A stretch of DNA of 63,999 nt, filler included, from Sphacelaria rigidula (taxonomy: Eukaryota): the NCBI GenBank assembly GCA_964200075.2. It is 5 parts of 5 records of this genome, joined end to end, with 100 filler letters (N's around TTAATTAATTAA, not from the genome) between each part and the next. Parts side by side here need not be neighbours in the genome. Positions count along the whole stretch, not along the records: positions 25,714 to 38,468 come from CAXNAA020003442.1; positions 38,569 to 51,322 come from CAXNAA020003443.1; 3 more parts are not named here. One strand, written 5' to 3'. The notes beneath the pieces were generated by a model. That model was not told the DNA's origin, did not search any database, and saw only the letters and a list, made by a program, of their open reading frames with translations. A program made the position numbers and the translations under genes. Shown here piece after piece: positions 25,714-38,803 of the stretch. Numbering within the stretch: position 1 is the stretch's first letter; each line of letters opens with the position of its first letter.

Positions 25714-28219
25714 CAACCCCATCGGGGGTCCGCCCCTACAAAGCCGGGACGGAGCACGCCGGGTTCTCGCCGGACCAGGCGGGGGGGGCTAAGGGTCGCA
25801 ACTTTATACTAGAACGTAGTAATTACACAAACACAGGGTGCAGCCGAAAAAAACAGGAAGGAGTGTACATCTTGTTCAGAAGAAAATGTGGTGATTTTCA
25901 CGAGGCACGAAGCCCAGGTAGCTCCTGTGCTGACCTTCCTCCTCTGTGACCCCAGCTGATGCGCCCATATATCCTGAAAAAGGTAGACTGGCGCCCAAAA
26001 TAGATGGGACGACAGCACAACACAATAGTAAGCTACCATCATGAAGTCTGCTTATCCATCTGCCGATGTCTTGCAGTGTGCAGTTAAAATGTATGTAGTG
26101 GGCGGCGATAACGAAGCGTTATATAGGCAGTTGATTTCGGTAGCTGAAAATTGCCCAAAACGTGCAAGGGAGTATGCAACTTCAGCAGCTGCTGCAGTCG
26201 GAGAGGCGTACTGCACTGTACGTGTACTGTACTTGTACATGTACTGTATGTATGCCCGCCGCGACGCTGATACCCTTCAAAGATAATTTGCCGCATGCAA
26301 CACAAAGGGAAATCGCGGCCCACCCCGACCACAAAGGGCTGTGTGGCAAGGTGATGGGGACGCTAATGTCATCCAAGGCCACAAGTGGCGGGCGGCCCAC
26401 CGGTCGCCGTATCCTGTCGGAAGCTCTGTACCGCGACCCATACCGCTTCCTAAATCGGATACACACTACCTACTGCGCATCCTGCACCTGAAAATAGTTC
26501 GGATGACACTTTCGGTCTTCGTCATAACCCGGCGGTTACATACGCGGATTTCAGCAACACGCCACTGTCTGTTCCGTGCAGGCGCCAGACACGTCATTCC
26601 TAGCCAGCCTCATTGGTCGTTCTGAAGGCCTGTTCCCAAAAGGGTTAATCTGATATAATGCCGTTAACTGATGGAAGAAATAAGAAACTTTGGGTCCGGT
26701 GGTATTCTTCGTCATTATGCCCTTTTCTTTATCTATACAAAATTTGAAAGTCTCACTCTCAAAAATGAGGTGGAGCGGGGCATGCAAATTACAAATCCTC
26801 TTCTAGGCTGGACCAGCTCGTAGTTCATCCCCAGGTGCATCGAAAGTACAGTACTGTATGTGTCAGGCAATCGATGCCTCACTAATTCTAGATTACTCAG
26901 TATTTTGGCACTTGGTACTCGAGGTACAAGGTACGAGGTACTGCCGAGTACTGAGGTACTGCCGAGTACTAGGTATTAGAAATACTCTACGCGAGATAAT
27001 TACGTGGTGAACGGATGTTCGTGGCTTTTTCCTCACCCCTCCTGTGCAGTCTAAATTGTGGACCTTTAACGAAGTGAAGGATCCAGGAAACAAGGGTATA
27101 TTTTCCAACCAATATCTATGGCCCTGGCTCCCTCTTTGTTGATGTACCGTCGAGATCAGCTAGACCGCGGAGACGCGTCGGTTATGGTGCTAGGGAATGT
27201 CATCCATGCCATCCCCCCTTCACCATTTTGTTTACATGTTTTCAGCTGTTCGAAAAGTGGTTTTGGTGTGTCGCCCAGGTAAACCTCGTAGCTGACAATT
27301 CATGCCCAAATAGTGCCGTTCCCAAGTAGCAATTACGGTATTGTTATCTTTGTCGCCGTCTTTTAATCGAAACCAACCAAAGCCCTGTTGCTTTAGCCGA
27401 CCACTTCCTGTTTCTGGCAGTTTTTTTTATATTGATGACTTTTACTTCATTGAACCGGGTTACTCGTGTCCATTTTCTCATCATGTTCTCCTTTCCGTTC
27501 CTATCTCTTATTTTTTTTTCCCTCTTTCGCTCGTGTCTCGTTTTCGTTCAGTTCACGGTGTACTCCATTCGTTGTACCTTTATTCGTCCTTTCCTTCTCT
27601 GGAGCTTCCTGCACCAAAGTCATCCAAAGAATTGTATCAACCGATCGATTATGCAACAAAGAATACTTCCACCCACACATGGTGTACCAAGTCGGTTCCA
27701 ATTGCTTCGTGTACCCCTGGTGTGTATCGACCATCTCCGAAAGTCTTTATGCGATCCATTGCCCTCATTTTTTTTACGCCCAAGTTCATGTAGAAATACG
27801 TCTCTGCAAAATATGCGTTCTTTACATCTCTTGGGCGCAAATGGTGCTCAAGGACGAGAATGCGTACCTAGTCGCATACACGCTTACATCCTGCTGTGTG
27901 CTGTGTGTTCTATGATGTCAGGCGTAGCTTACACGTGATTGAGATTCTCAGAGGGCTGATGGAAAAATAAAATTTGGTTTGTACAATCGGGCCTCTTGAC
28001 CGCGGCACGTGTGAGCGCAATTGTAGGTACTTTTGAGCGATAGCTGCGTGTTTCGCCGCTTGTGTAGCTTATAAACTCGATCGCGCTTCGACTTGGAGGA
28101 TATTGGGAAAAGCGTCACAATTCGTACCGGAACGCCACGATGTTCCACCTCGTTCTATCTCTAATCTTCTCCATGCGGGTGGGGGTGGCCGTGTAACCCC
28201 TCTTTGCCTCTTGGTGCAG

Positions 28220-31200
28220 GCACCGTGACGAGATTTCCAAAATACCCATGTATGCAGACAGCATCATGCGTATGCTCAAGGACATCCGGAAGACGGTGCA
28301 CGCCTCCGCAAAGCTTCAGCCGGGATCAAATGCCTTCACACAATTTCTCGATGAGGTATGTTGTACTGTAGACTCGAGTACTAGTAAAATGCGGGTGTAC
28401 ATGAACCTGACGCCCAAGTACACTGACCAATGATGTAGATACTTGTACAGCTTGCTCTTGTTGTAGTTGATAATGGTAAAAGCATTGACTGACCTATCTT
28501 TGTCCCTCCTCCACACATGCTGCACTTTCGACAGTGGTGGACGTCTGTGGTGAACTTCCTTCAGCATTCTTCCATCGTCGATGCTGAAAAGAACGCGCGA
28601 GAAGTCATGCAGGTGAACCGCACCGCGTGGACCCTTGGTTCTTGTAGTGTTGACGCTTCATGTACGCATATTGTGTGACTCGTCTTTTTCGCGCGAGCAG
28701 CTAGCCCACCTTGTTTGTTCGGGCCGATGAAGAAGCATATGTGTTGCGCGAGGACCTGGAGCACCGTGCTCCAGTTGAGTTTCGAAGTCTCACCAGCATA
28801 TTCCGATGTCACCCGATGTTCCGTGGAACGTTGGTTGTTGGCGGCAGACGCTGAAAAAGCTGAAGGGGAAGCAGGAAGAGAACAAGAAGAAGGAAATGAA
28901 CCGCCTGCTCAACAAGCTGGAAGCGCAGGACAACTCGACTCCTCCCATCACACCAGCTAGCGAGCCTTTTGAAATCTTGGACGATTCGGTTAATCCAGAA
29001 GACACCGTGCGGTGAGCCGTATACACCTCCAGCATTACCGCAGCACTACCAGACGATGTTCGATGGAGTAGAAGGCAGACGTTAAAACAAGAAGTGGTCG
29101 TGAATTGGTTCTAAACTCGGCCATGATGCGCCCGCCCAGTGGTACCGTTCTCTTTCTGGTGTAGAGTCGATGGACATGAAGAGCACCGAAGACATCTGAA
29201 GCGAGCTAATCAAATTTCGCCTTCTGTTTTCCATCGCACGCCCTTTTCCTGTCCTCCTAGATGGAACAATCTGGAGCGAGCGCGCAAGCCGAACACCACC
29301 CACGCACGAAGGCGTGCTCGAACAGATGGAGGCAGTATGCACGAGCACGACGAGCGTGATGACGATTTGGTCGAAAGGGACAGCGAAATAATGCAGGGTG
29401 GAGGAGGTGGAGATTGGTCACAGAGCAGCGGCGAGGCGCGAGGCATGAGTTCCGTGGGTTCGCGTAAAAGTGGAAGCATCTGCGCTGATGTGCCGCCTCT
29501 TCCTCTCAACCTAGGTAACTTGAGCGTCGCCAGTGCGGCTAGTGCGGCTAGCTGGGATGGCGCGAGTGAGCGCACGCTCGGAACCGATGCGGGCACCGAC
29601 CCAGATATCGTTGCTACTTCGGGTATTCCTGCTGGGGAAAGCGACGATGATGACGACGATGATGACTTCGAGGTGGCTGACAGCCGCGACCTCGGCGCTG
29701 TGAATCTTTGTGTAAGTTGCGCAATTCGCTTGTGAATGATTCGTGTGTGTTACGCCTTTTCCCTGTTCGCCTTTCCGGTCGATATATTACTGGTGCTACT
29801 TCACTGAAGTATGTACTCGGTTTGAAGGCTGTTGAAAACCCCCAGTTTGATGGTCAGTTGACTCCCGGTGGATGTGAAAACCTTTACAGGAGGCGGGCAC
29901 GGGGGCGGATGGCCTGACAACCTACGAGGATACAGCTACCACGCCGCAGCCCATGAGGCACATGACGAAGAAGCTTGGGGTAGAGCAGGTCAGAGCAACA
30001 GAGCAATCGCTCCTGCCGTGTCAGATGTGTGCTGCCAGATTCGATTTTTGATTTGATTCGATTGTCACTTGAACTGACCCCCCAGGGATCCAGCCGTGCT
30101 CGCATGATGGACATACCAAAAAAACAACAAAGCTGAAACACCAGCTGAAGAAGAAAAAGAAACAGAAACTAGTAGAACAGGACGACACAGTAGACTAAGA
30201 CTTGAAAGAAGAAGATACCAGAGAAAAATGAATGAAGAGGAAAAAAAGCACAAGGAGAAATGGCCGGTCTCTGCCATACGGGTTCAGCGAACAAGGTCTT
30301 GCGCAGAACCACACCTATACCCAGTGTAGAAAACAAGAGACCGTGGAAAGGAAGATATTTGATTGATTGATTGAATATGTCACATTCGCTGATGGTGACA
30401 ATGCAGCCCGTGGTCAGGAACAGCAAAAAAAATAACAGAAGAAGAAAGAAGCAGCGATAATAACAACAAACACAAACACGAACAACAAGATGATTATCTC
30501 GGATTGCAGCTTATCTTCAAGCGCTCTATTCAGGGTATGGAGGTTCTCATGTACGAGGGCACACTACAAAGTGAGGTACCACATTGCTCTGTGGCATACA
30601 CCGGCAGGAAAGAGCACACGTATATATATATATATATATATGGAGAACGATGGGAATGAGGGAGAACAGGGGGGAGACTACAGAAGTGAAACCAAAAATA
30701 AAATAAATAGGGCAGCAGAGTAGATACAGATACACACCAGGGAGCACCGCAAAGCCACCGACTGAGCAGACAGGATTCTTCGATAGACGGCCCTCGGCGC
30801 AGCCGCCTCTCGTTTGTGACGGTAGTCCGATTCTCGTTTGCCCACGCGTCGCCACGCATTCTTGAACTCTTCCGCTCCTTTCTCGACTCCAATATGCCAG
30901 ATGTCCATGTTCTTCGCCGCAGTGAGCCGATCGTATGCCAGATGAGATGATTACCTTTCCTCTGTCGCGCCACGGACATTTGCAACGCGGACGAAACCTC
31001 CACTTGTGCCATCATCCCACCGCCTACCGCCTGCGTCTTCATCTTTTCGCACTGGCGTTGCTGTCGTGCTGTTGCGCTTGCAATGCTGGCAACAGCAGAC
31101 GACCTCAGCCGCGCTTTTTGTGGACCCTCTGCGTAGTATCGCCGTGTCATGTGCTACTACACGCCATTTTGTATTAATCATGGATGCTTCCTTCCAACAA

Positions 31201-31648
31201 AAGATTTTGTGCCCCGAACCGTTCTACAGAAGCGCTTCTCCGCCGCACTGGACTACTTCCGACAAGAGCAACAGTTTCGAGGGCGACGAGGCGCAGTGAG
31301 TGTCGTGATAATAGTATTCGCTTGGCACAGTATCGGAGTGGTGTATTAGTAGATCACGGCCGGCATGAAGCTGCGCAGTGTAGTACATGGTTGTTATATC
31401 CAACGTTTGTATCATCAGTTCGGCCAGTGGCTGACATGTACATTTTTATAACCATTTATGACGGAGAGTCATGTCACTTTTCGCATTTGTACGTTTCCCA
31501 TGCACATTTTTTTCATCTCTCCATGTTTTGTTCGGAGCCTTGCACCTTTCATCTCGTTCTGTTCTATTCGCAGATTCGGAAAGCTGACATACTCGGAAGT
31601 GAGCACCGCATGTACCATGCTTTAGCTTCTCTCTGGGAGCAATTATAA
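28220..31648 (+). CDS. Multi-exon hypothetical protein, 5'-partial; predicted exons 28220-28355, 28535-28612, 28848-29011, 29261-29711, 29890-29988, 30741-30921, 31204-31295, 31574-31648
   Basis: All exons are bounded by AG/GT with mutually compatible phases, giving one stop-free frame (HRDEISKIPMYADSIMRMLKDIRK...WWTSVVNFLQH...TLKKLKGKQEENKKKEMNRLLNKLE...poly-D...IRKADILGSEHRMYHALASLWEQL*). It has a coiled-coil-like part and an acidic disordered part, but no family was recognised. The last three exons are less certain. Confidence 0.7.
30045..30490 (-). repeat. Intronic truncated non-LTR/SINE 3' ends with (TCAA)n-type tails
   Basis: The minus strand shows ...CACGGGCTGCATTGTCACCATCAGCGAATGTGACATATTCAATCAATCAATCAA and ...GACAATCGAATCAAATCAAAAATCG, both after pyrimidine-rich tracts. 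Short tandem tails of this kind are typical of RTE-type elements. Confidence 0.45.
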
Positions 31649-34600
31649 TGGCGTAGGGCACTTGCGCTGCTGGGGTGAACCCACGCGATGCCATGTGTGA
31701 AGTAGCAGGCATCGGACAGTTCATGAGCTACCATTCATAACTAGTCGAGGAGGACTTCCAGGACTCGTTGTGCGAGGACACAAAATACGTGACAAGAGAG
31801 TTGTAGAAGCGAAACAATACCTTTGCGCTACCCCGCATGCTCGGCGTCCAGCGCTGTAGGGAGCACATGTGGATTGGGGGAGCAAACGAGCTAGCTGATG
31901 ACTCGGATATTTACACAAATAAGAAGTTATGTAGATGGCTCGAGAGCTGTTCGTCCGATCTGCGCAAAATATAAATTGAGCTCGGGCCGTTGGGCGCAAG
32001 CAAGACTATCAAAACTCTGGTGTATGTTCCCATCATGCCACGTGCGAAACTAACAAGAAGACACGAAAGCTCTGGAATGTATCCCCATCGTCACAAACGG
32101 ACCCTACAATGCTACGATCAACCCTCGGATCGGCCACACTAAGACCCGATCCCATGTTTTTTCATTTGGAATACTACACAATAAAAACACACAGATCATG
32201 CCTCCGCCGCCGCCGCCTGCTGGCTCTTGGCGATCCAAGATGAGCACGACAAAAGGCAGGGGATCACTCTCCAAGACCAGGGGCAGGGGGCGAAGACTCT
32301 CTTCCGGGGGGGGGCAGGGACGATTGTAAGTTTCGAGTGTTGTCTTGACTGTTTTCTTCAGCTTCATGCGCACCCAATCTCCGTGCCCCCTCTCCTGGAT
32401 GCACGAGCGGAATCGACGTTGTCCAAATGCCACAGTTGAGAAGTTAACTGCAAATATTTCGCTGTGCTCGGCGCATCCCTCTTTTTTGCACAGGGACGCC
32501 AGTGGCAGCAAATCAGGCAGCGTTCAGTTGTCTCGGGCACATTCGCTTTACCTTCCTAGCACCTCGAGCATGAGTGGGTCTGCCTCAACTAAGAAGCGAA
32601 CACAAGGCGCTCAGGTCGGCTCGCGCGGCAGGATACTGTCCACTTGCAATGAGACGTGAGGGGATGTCGTCGGTGCCCACCGGGCTTGGATGTATGAAGC
32701 CACAGGGTTGTTCAAAGCGTACTTGGAAGGTGCCTATGGCGCGAGCGGGCAAGAGTCGTGTCTGTGGAAACTTTGTGTTTGTGTGAAGTGTTGGTTATGT
32801 GCAAATTGTGTGACGGTTCAGTTTTGTTACGTTCAGCTCTGTCGGGGATACTGTATAATTTTTTTATTTCAAGCGCAGCAGAGCATGATATTTTGTGTGC
32901 GAACCGACGTAGTGTAGCACGCTTTGGCATAACCGTTCCTACTGTGTTCTACTGTGGAGTATTGTCAACTTCTTGCCTTGTTGGGCCGTGTTCCTGGGTG
33001 CGAGCTACATTGGATGTCGGGATAGAGTTGTGCTCCACTACTCGATCAGTTTGTGTTCATTCGTGTTGATTTCGTTCAGTAGATTTCGTAGATTATTGAG
33101 TGCGGTGGGGTAAGGGCGGAGTGTTTCAGGGGCTGGTACCAGGTCCAAATCATACGGGGAGCAAGCAGATCATGAGATACACGCAGTAACTGACCTAGGC
33201 CCGTATCGGTCGGGGATTTTGATGTCGAACCTCATTCGAGACCGACCACCAAGGTCAAATTTATCGTGATACACCAATGAATTATGTCATGAACATCATT
33301 AAAAATGGAACAGGGTGCAAACGCCCGGAGGATTGTTGATTTTTTTGCCATTTGTTTGTCTGTATCTATTTCAGCTTTAATGAAGGAATGTTGATACTTG
33401 GGTGCGCTGTGTAGATCGTGCTTGCTGGCGTTTATAGACTTCCATGATGGCAGTGTCCTATGTCACGTCCGCGAGGTCATTTCACACAACCGACCATGCC
33501 TCGACTGCCAACAAGCAGTTGAGGACCTCGAGTTTGGAACTGCAGCACCGACACGGGACATGCGATGCCTCAGCTTGTGATGAGATTCATCGCTTGTGCA
33601 CCCGCAGCATCCTGTCGTGATGACGATATTAATTGGGTCTCAAAGTCCCAACGGCCGCCGCGCGCCCCGGTGGTCCAATAGTGATGTGTGAATCGTGGAA
33701 CTGCATCCGTTCGGTTGGCAGACGCAGGTCTGATGTTCGGCAGATGCGTGTTTGACTTGACTGTCTTCCAAACGCTATGCGATACAGTATCTGATATCCG
33801 TTCTTGAAAACGTGAGGACGTGGGCCCGGCAGCACAGCACAAAGAGTTCATTTGACGACAGTCGACGGATTGTGCGAGTGCTAGTGTGCTGATCCAATCT
33901 GCAATAAGAGCTGTTATTATCGACAAGTGAACATATTTGGAGAAGGTCTGAAATTTCGGCAATCGCGTCAAAGGCTCATCACATGACATTACATTATAGA
34001 TCTTGTGTTGCTGTGAGATTTCATTACAGAGTGTGCTGATCTCATCGTTTGCTTGCCTTCGCCAGCAGAATAAAGGACGGGGCTATACTACCCACAACAA
34101 TGTTTTCGTGAGAATGAGAGTCTAGGGAAGTCCTGGAATAATGGATCGTTTTCTTGGAAATCAGTCGTTCGTTTTAACGGGAATGAAGCGTTCAAGCAAA
34201 GAAATTTCGATTTTGAACCGGGAAAAGTGTACTACAATACCCGTGAATACTATCCTACATGTTTCATTCCGAACGATATCCCCCAAATACCCCCATAGTT
34301 GTCACAAATCCTATCTGAGGCAGAGGGTGCCGGCACTTTCCATCGCTAGTTGAGACCCCCTTCGGGATCTACGGGATGGATATCCAAACTACAGCTGATG
34401 CGGATTATAAAAAGAAGAAACGGCTCGGATTTTGCAAGCGCGTTGCATTGCATCCTTCGACAGTCCCACCCCGGAACCACTTCCCACCACAGCCACGGCA
34501 GAAGTGGCCATACAAGGCCTGATAACTGGTTCAGACTGGATAAAGCGCCTCGCATGGGCACTACTGGCGAAACAACCCCGAACGTGGGACTAACCCTTAC

Positions 34601-34949
34601 CCCCGTTTAGTGTGTGCAGCTCCATTGTGAGGCATTCATTTTATCCAACTCACGACTGTACTCTAGTGATTGTATATCTCAGCAGAGTGCTGAGTGATGC
34701 TGCGTTTCAAAGATCGCTGCGTCTGTCGCGTATTGGACCATTTCGCTGACGGCGGTCGTCGCCGGCGCAACCGTATGAAGTCTCTCTCAGGTACTCAACA
34801 AGAGGCGCTCGAAAAATCGATGACAAGTCCAAAAAAGTATGTTTTCAGCATGCTTTGTTGCGTGTTCCGTAGCGCCTAAAGGCGGGTCCTGCTCAAATGA
34901 TTCTGCACGATGACGGTGGTTTTTCTGTTGGACTGCTCAGCATGCTTGG

Positions 34950-35404
34950 AACACGGGATCTTACAAATTGGGGATGGATATTTTATTGTGGATGAGAAAC
35001 CCGGAGAATTAAAATCTTCGTATCCACATCAAATCTTCGTAATATGGTTCCATTTCTTCACCTACTGATTGCTATTGACAACTGCTACACGCCATAAAAA
35101 TTGGGATTTCGATCACCGATATGTTGGGGCCCTAGGTGGAAAACCATTTCGGGGGAATTTCGGGTGTCCGAACGGACGCCAAAATGGTTTCGGAATTATT
35201 TTTTCACCTCGGACCTTGCTCGGACCCCAACATTTCGGTGATCGAAGTCCAAAATTCTATGGCGTGTAGCAGTTGTCAATAGCCATCAGAAGGAGACGAA
35301 ATGGGACCATATTTCGAAGATTTGATGTGGATACGAAGATTTTAACTCTCCGGGTTTGTCACCTGCAATCAAAGATCCATCCCCAATTTGTAAGATCCCG
35401 TGTT
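34950..35404. mobile_element. 455-bp fold-back MITE with 4-bp TSD (TTGG), inserted in repeat family F
   Basis: Termini AACACGGGATCTTACAAATTGGGGATGGAT / ATCCATCCCCAATTTGTAAGATCCCGTGTT with ~180-bp arms. TTGG at 34946-34949 and 35405-35408. The empty site is present in the inverted host-repeat copy at 63783-63975. Confidence 0.88.
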
Positions 35405-36894
35405 TTGGGCTGCCGTACAGAAACTTTTGGGTTAGGTTTATACATGGTTGAAACCGCTCGCAAATCCCGAGCCTTTCGGACGAAACAAATGAAATTTCGA
35501 TGGCGACTTCAACCTCACCCAAACGTTCAACCTCAAAAACGGATCCAGGCTGTTATGTATGGGATTTGTACGAGAGGCTGTTCGAGATTTGTCCTCGGTT
35601 TCCTCAATTTATGCAATTTGGGCACAACGAGGATTTATTTCGAGCAGCCTCTGTTGATCAAATCTCATGTACTACTGGCAATATGGGATTCGAACAGGAA
35701 AGGCTGCTCGAAAGTCATCATTTTGCCCGCCAAATTATCCTGGAATTGATCAAAAGATACATGTGTTTCAGCCCGAAAATATAGGGCTTTCGCACAAACC
35801 CCATTATGGGGGAACACAAGGCAGAACCACCTCAAAATAGTTTTTAGGGGAGTCGGGGGCATGAGGTCGTCCATACGAAAGTCATCTGTCATGACTTCAG
35901 GTCAGGGTAAACACTGTTTTGGAGTTGAACGTTTTTTCTTTTCTGTGGTTTACCCTATTTATCATAATCCTCTGTTTACTGAAAGAAAATATTTCGTCTG
36001 GATGTGGAGTGAGGTTCAAATTATTACGGCCCAAAATGATCGCTCAAATGGTTGTGTCATCCGTACCTGGTGATCGGGATCGTTTTAATACAAATAAATG
36101 CAGGGCAGGACCTGCCTTTGTATTTCAAACAAACAAAATCGCCTCTTTCGGCTTGGAGTTCAATACTGACCCAATACAAGTGCAACTGTTGTAACAGCGT
36201 TTTTCAACAGCCGATTTCCATACGACATACTGAGAACAGTGGTGATTAGCGGCGAGTTGGGTTTTCAAAAATGGTGAAGAGGGATCACCCTGACCTTCAA
36301 ATTTCAGGCGGTCTGTCGGATCAAAATATACACGAGACATAGTCATTGAGACGGTTTCAGGACACCTTTGCGTATTCGGTGGCCGGAGTTTTTTCTTGGT
36401 CAAACTTGCACTTTTATCCAAGCACGGTCGAGCCCAAAATTAAGTTCCACTTTTTCTAGCCTCGACCGTTCTTGACCGTTCTTGGACAATACTGCAAGTT
36501 CAATCATGAAAAAAGTGCAGCCACCAGAAACACAAAGGGGTCTCGAAACTGTATCAACGATTAGAGTAGTGCTCACAAAGCACACTACCGGTGCGCTACC
36601 AACAACGTGGTGAGGATCGCTTTAATGAAAAACCGTTACAGCGGTCCCCCCGCTACACTACTACCAACTTGTTCGAGGCCGCTTCCAAATCGTTGCGGTA
36701 CACTCCGTAAGTACCGAAGCATCTTCGGAGAAAAAAGGCATGGGCACTTTCGCGCGCCGTTCCGGGGTTTTCTCATCCTCAATGAATAGCTCCATCCTTG
36801 TTTCATCTTATGTTTCCTGTTTCTTGTTTCAAAAACCGCTGGGTATACCTTTTTTTGGTCTTGACCCTCTTCTATTTTTGTTCCATGGTTCAGA

Positions 36895-37075
36895 TATAGT
36901 TGGTTTTAGTGTGAACAGCAGGATCCGGATCTTCAGTGGAGTTGACGGTTTCGAGTGCTCCTATTGTGCGCAAAACGCCTTCGTATCCGATCGGTGCCTG
37001 TGGCACCCTTTCCATTCTCGTTGCCCGAGGCTTCTCGGTATGCCTTGGTTGGGGTTGGGGTTAGGGGTGGGGTTA
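36895..37075. repeat. Dispersed repeat family C, copy 2 (inverted)
   Basis: Reverse complement resembles 8320-8535. Confidence 0.65.
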
Positions 37076-37084
37076 GTGTTACTT

Positions 37085-37310
37085 CAAATACGTGTCAACC
37101 ATGACTGATGCTACGATACCCTCCCCCCCCGAAACCAGCCCATAACTGTGACGAAGAAAATGGTCGTACAGCGCATAATGTTTGGTTTCAGGCTGCATGA
37201 AGCACCTCATATTTGCGACATCGTCGAAACCGATCCCAAGCATGGGAATTCCCAACTGCTTGTTATACTCGGCTTTTGTCACCTCGATTTACGCGTAGGT
37301 TCTGTCTCCA
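37085..37310. repeat. Dispersed repeat family D, copy 1
   Basis: AAATGGTC..ACAGCGC....TGTTTGG.TTCAGGCTGCATGAAGC.CCTCATAT is shared with the reverse complement of 46715-46950. Confidence 0.8.
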
Positions 37311-37445
37311 CCACCCATTTTTTAGCATATCCCAGGCATAGCATGTACACCAAGTTTCGTGAAAAAAGAGCGCCATTTAGGGGCGAACAGCACCGCGGGA
37401 AACAAGGACCCCGCAGATGCGACAATTAAGGTAGGTATACCTACC

Positions 37446-38468
37446 TGTCAACGTTGTAGCAATATTGAGCAAGACTGCACTACTACTGTACCGTAGCGTA
37501 ATGTACTGCTATCTACATGATGTGGAATCTTAGGATATGCCGGCTATTGACAAGTGTTAATGCCGTTTCTTGAGGTGTAACGTAACTGTCGCTGTGATTT
37601 GAGTCACGGCAATTTCAGGCTGTTCAAATTCACTCTGAACTTTCATCTCCCTGCTGCGCCTGTGCTAACTACTGCTATTGGATAAACTGAGCTGCCTTGG
37701 GTTATACCGCATGCTCCTCGATTACAGCAGTCCTGTCAGGTTATGAGCCTCGTGGCAGATCGGTGAGTTTTGTGCCCCCTGATGCCGCGGATGCCGCGGA
37801 TGCCGCGGATGCAACAGTACCCCCGCTACCGATGCCACGTTTCTTCTCTTGGCGGGAACCCGTCGGAAAATAATCATGGTGGGATACAATACGAAGGACA
37901 AGACTTACCGAGTCTGGACGCCCGAAAGACGAAAATCAAACTCCAGTCGAAATGTCATTTCGAGAGAATACACGTGACGTGGTCACCCCCGACCCTGGGT
38001 GCGATCCTTCCCCGGAGGCAAACTCTGCGTCTATGGAAGAGGAGGAAGACAAACACGAAGAAGACTCCCAGAATGGAAGTCGGGAACCGCTTACTCCAGC
38101 ACCCAACGACCCTTCACGGATTCGGACATGTGACAGGCAGCGTGGGCTGCCTCCTGGTACAAGTCAGTGGTTGCTTCATACTGATAATGCTAAATAACGC
38201 CTCGAACGAAGTCACTTTTGCGCGAATTGAATACTGTGCCGTGATTACCGCAATCTTCGATACTGCTGGATCGACGACTCCAGGTCAAGTTGGATACATG
38301 TCTGATGATCCTCATACGTCTGATGAAGCAATGAAAAATGACGCTTCTGGGTGGAGAGCCAGCATGATTGAAGAGTAGCAGTCCTTGGAGGAAGGACCAA
38401 GGGTCTGTCAAAAATACCTTTTGGGACACGTAGGCTCCAAGATCGAAAATTCGAGCAAAAGTGACTTC
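37446..38468 (+). mobile_element. Internally deleted Ty1/Copia element (5' LTR + PBS joined to integrase C-terminus and pre-RT region), cut by contig end
   Basis: LTR end ...TGTCA at 37738, followed directly by the Copia-type PBS GGTTATGAGCC (37739-37749). Then IMVGYNTKDKTYRVW...SRNVISRE (integrase C-terminal domain) and PHTSDEAMKNDASGWRASMIEE*QSL (pre-RT motif). The LTR start is approximate. Confidence 0.8.
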
Positions 38469-38568
38469 NNNNNNNNNNNNNNNNNNNNNNNNNNNNNNNN
38501 NNNNNNNNNNNNTTAATTAATTAANNNNNNNNNNNNNNNNNNNNNNNNNNNNNNNNNNNNNNNNNNNN
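38469..38568. other. Artificial contig linker (44N-TTAATTAATTAA-44N)
   Basis: Same 100-bp spacer. Confidence 0.97.
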
Positions 38569-38579
38569 GGGCCGGTAGT

Positions 38580-38803
38580 TTACGTCATTTGTTGCTCGAC
38601 ATTTCGAGTCAGATTGTCGTTGAAAGCAGCAACGGTTGCTCGAACAAGCTTGTTGTGGATCAATAACGCTCATCCGTGCTGCCTGACACCGTTTGGAAGC
38701 AACACCAAGCGCAGCGCAAGTGTGGAAGGATGTCTGACACACTTCCGAGCCTCGTTTTTCGGGCAACCAAATACCCCCCCCCCCCCTATCTTAGGATGAC
38801 TCA
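38580..38803. repeat. Dispersed repeat family E, copy 1 (ends in TAGGATGACTCA)
   Basis: Co-linear with 51490-51711; similarity stops at the same terminal motif in both copies. Confidence 0.78.

Noticed and set aside
24253-26650. ORFs at 24253-24867 and 26041-26625
   Set aside because: No identifiable domain, and they lie on different contigs either side of a linker.
30530-31150. 206-aa minus-strand ORF
   Set aside because: It runs through a (TA)n tract and is antisense to a phase-compatible exon of the plus-strand gene.
32227-32790. Possible further plus-strand exons (GTAAGT donor at ~32326)
   Set aside because: No consistent open spliced frame could be built.
37050-37076. GGGTTGGGGTTAGGGGTGGGGTTAG telomere-like tract
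   Set aside because: Short, degenerate and part of dispersed repeat family C; not a telomere array.
37429-37446. 18-bp perfect palindrome AGGTAGGTATACCTACCT
   Set aside because: Explained by an inverted (AGGT)n microsatellite.
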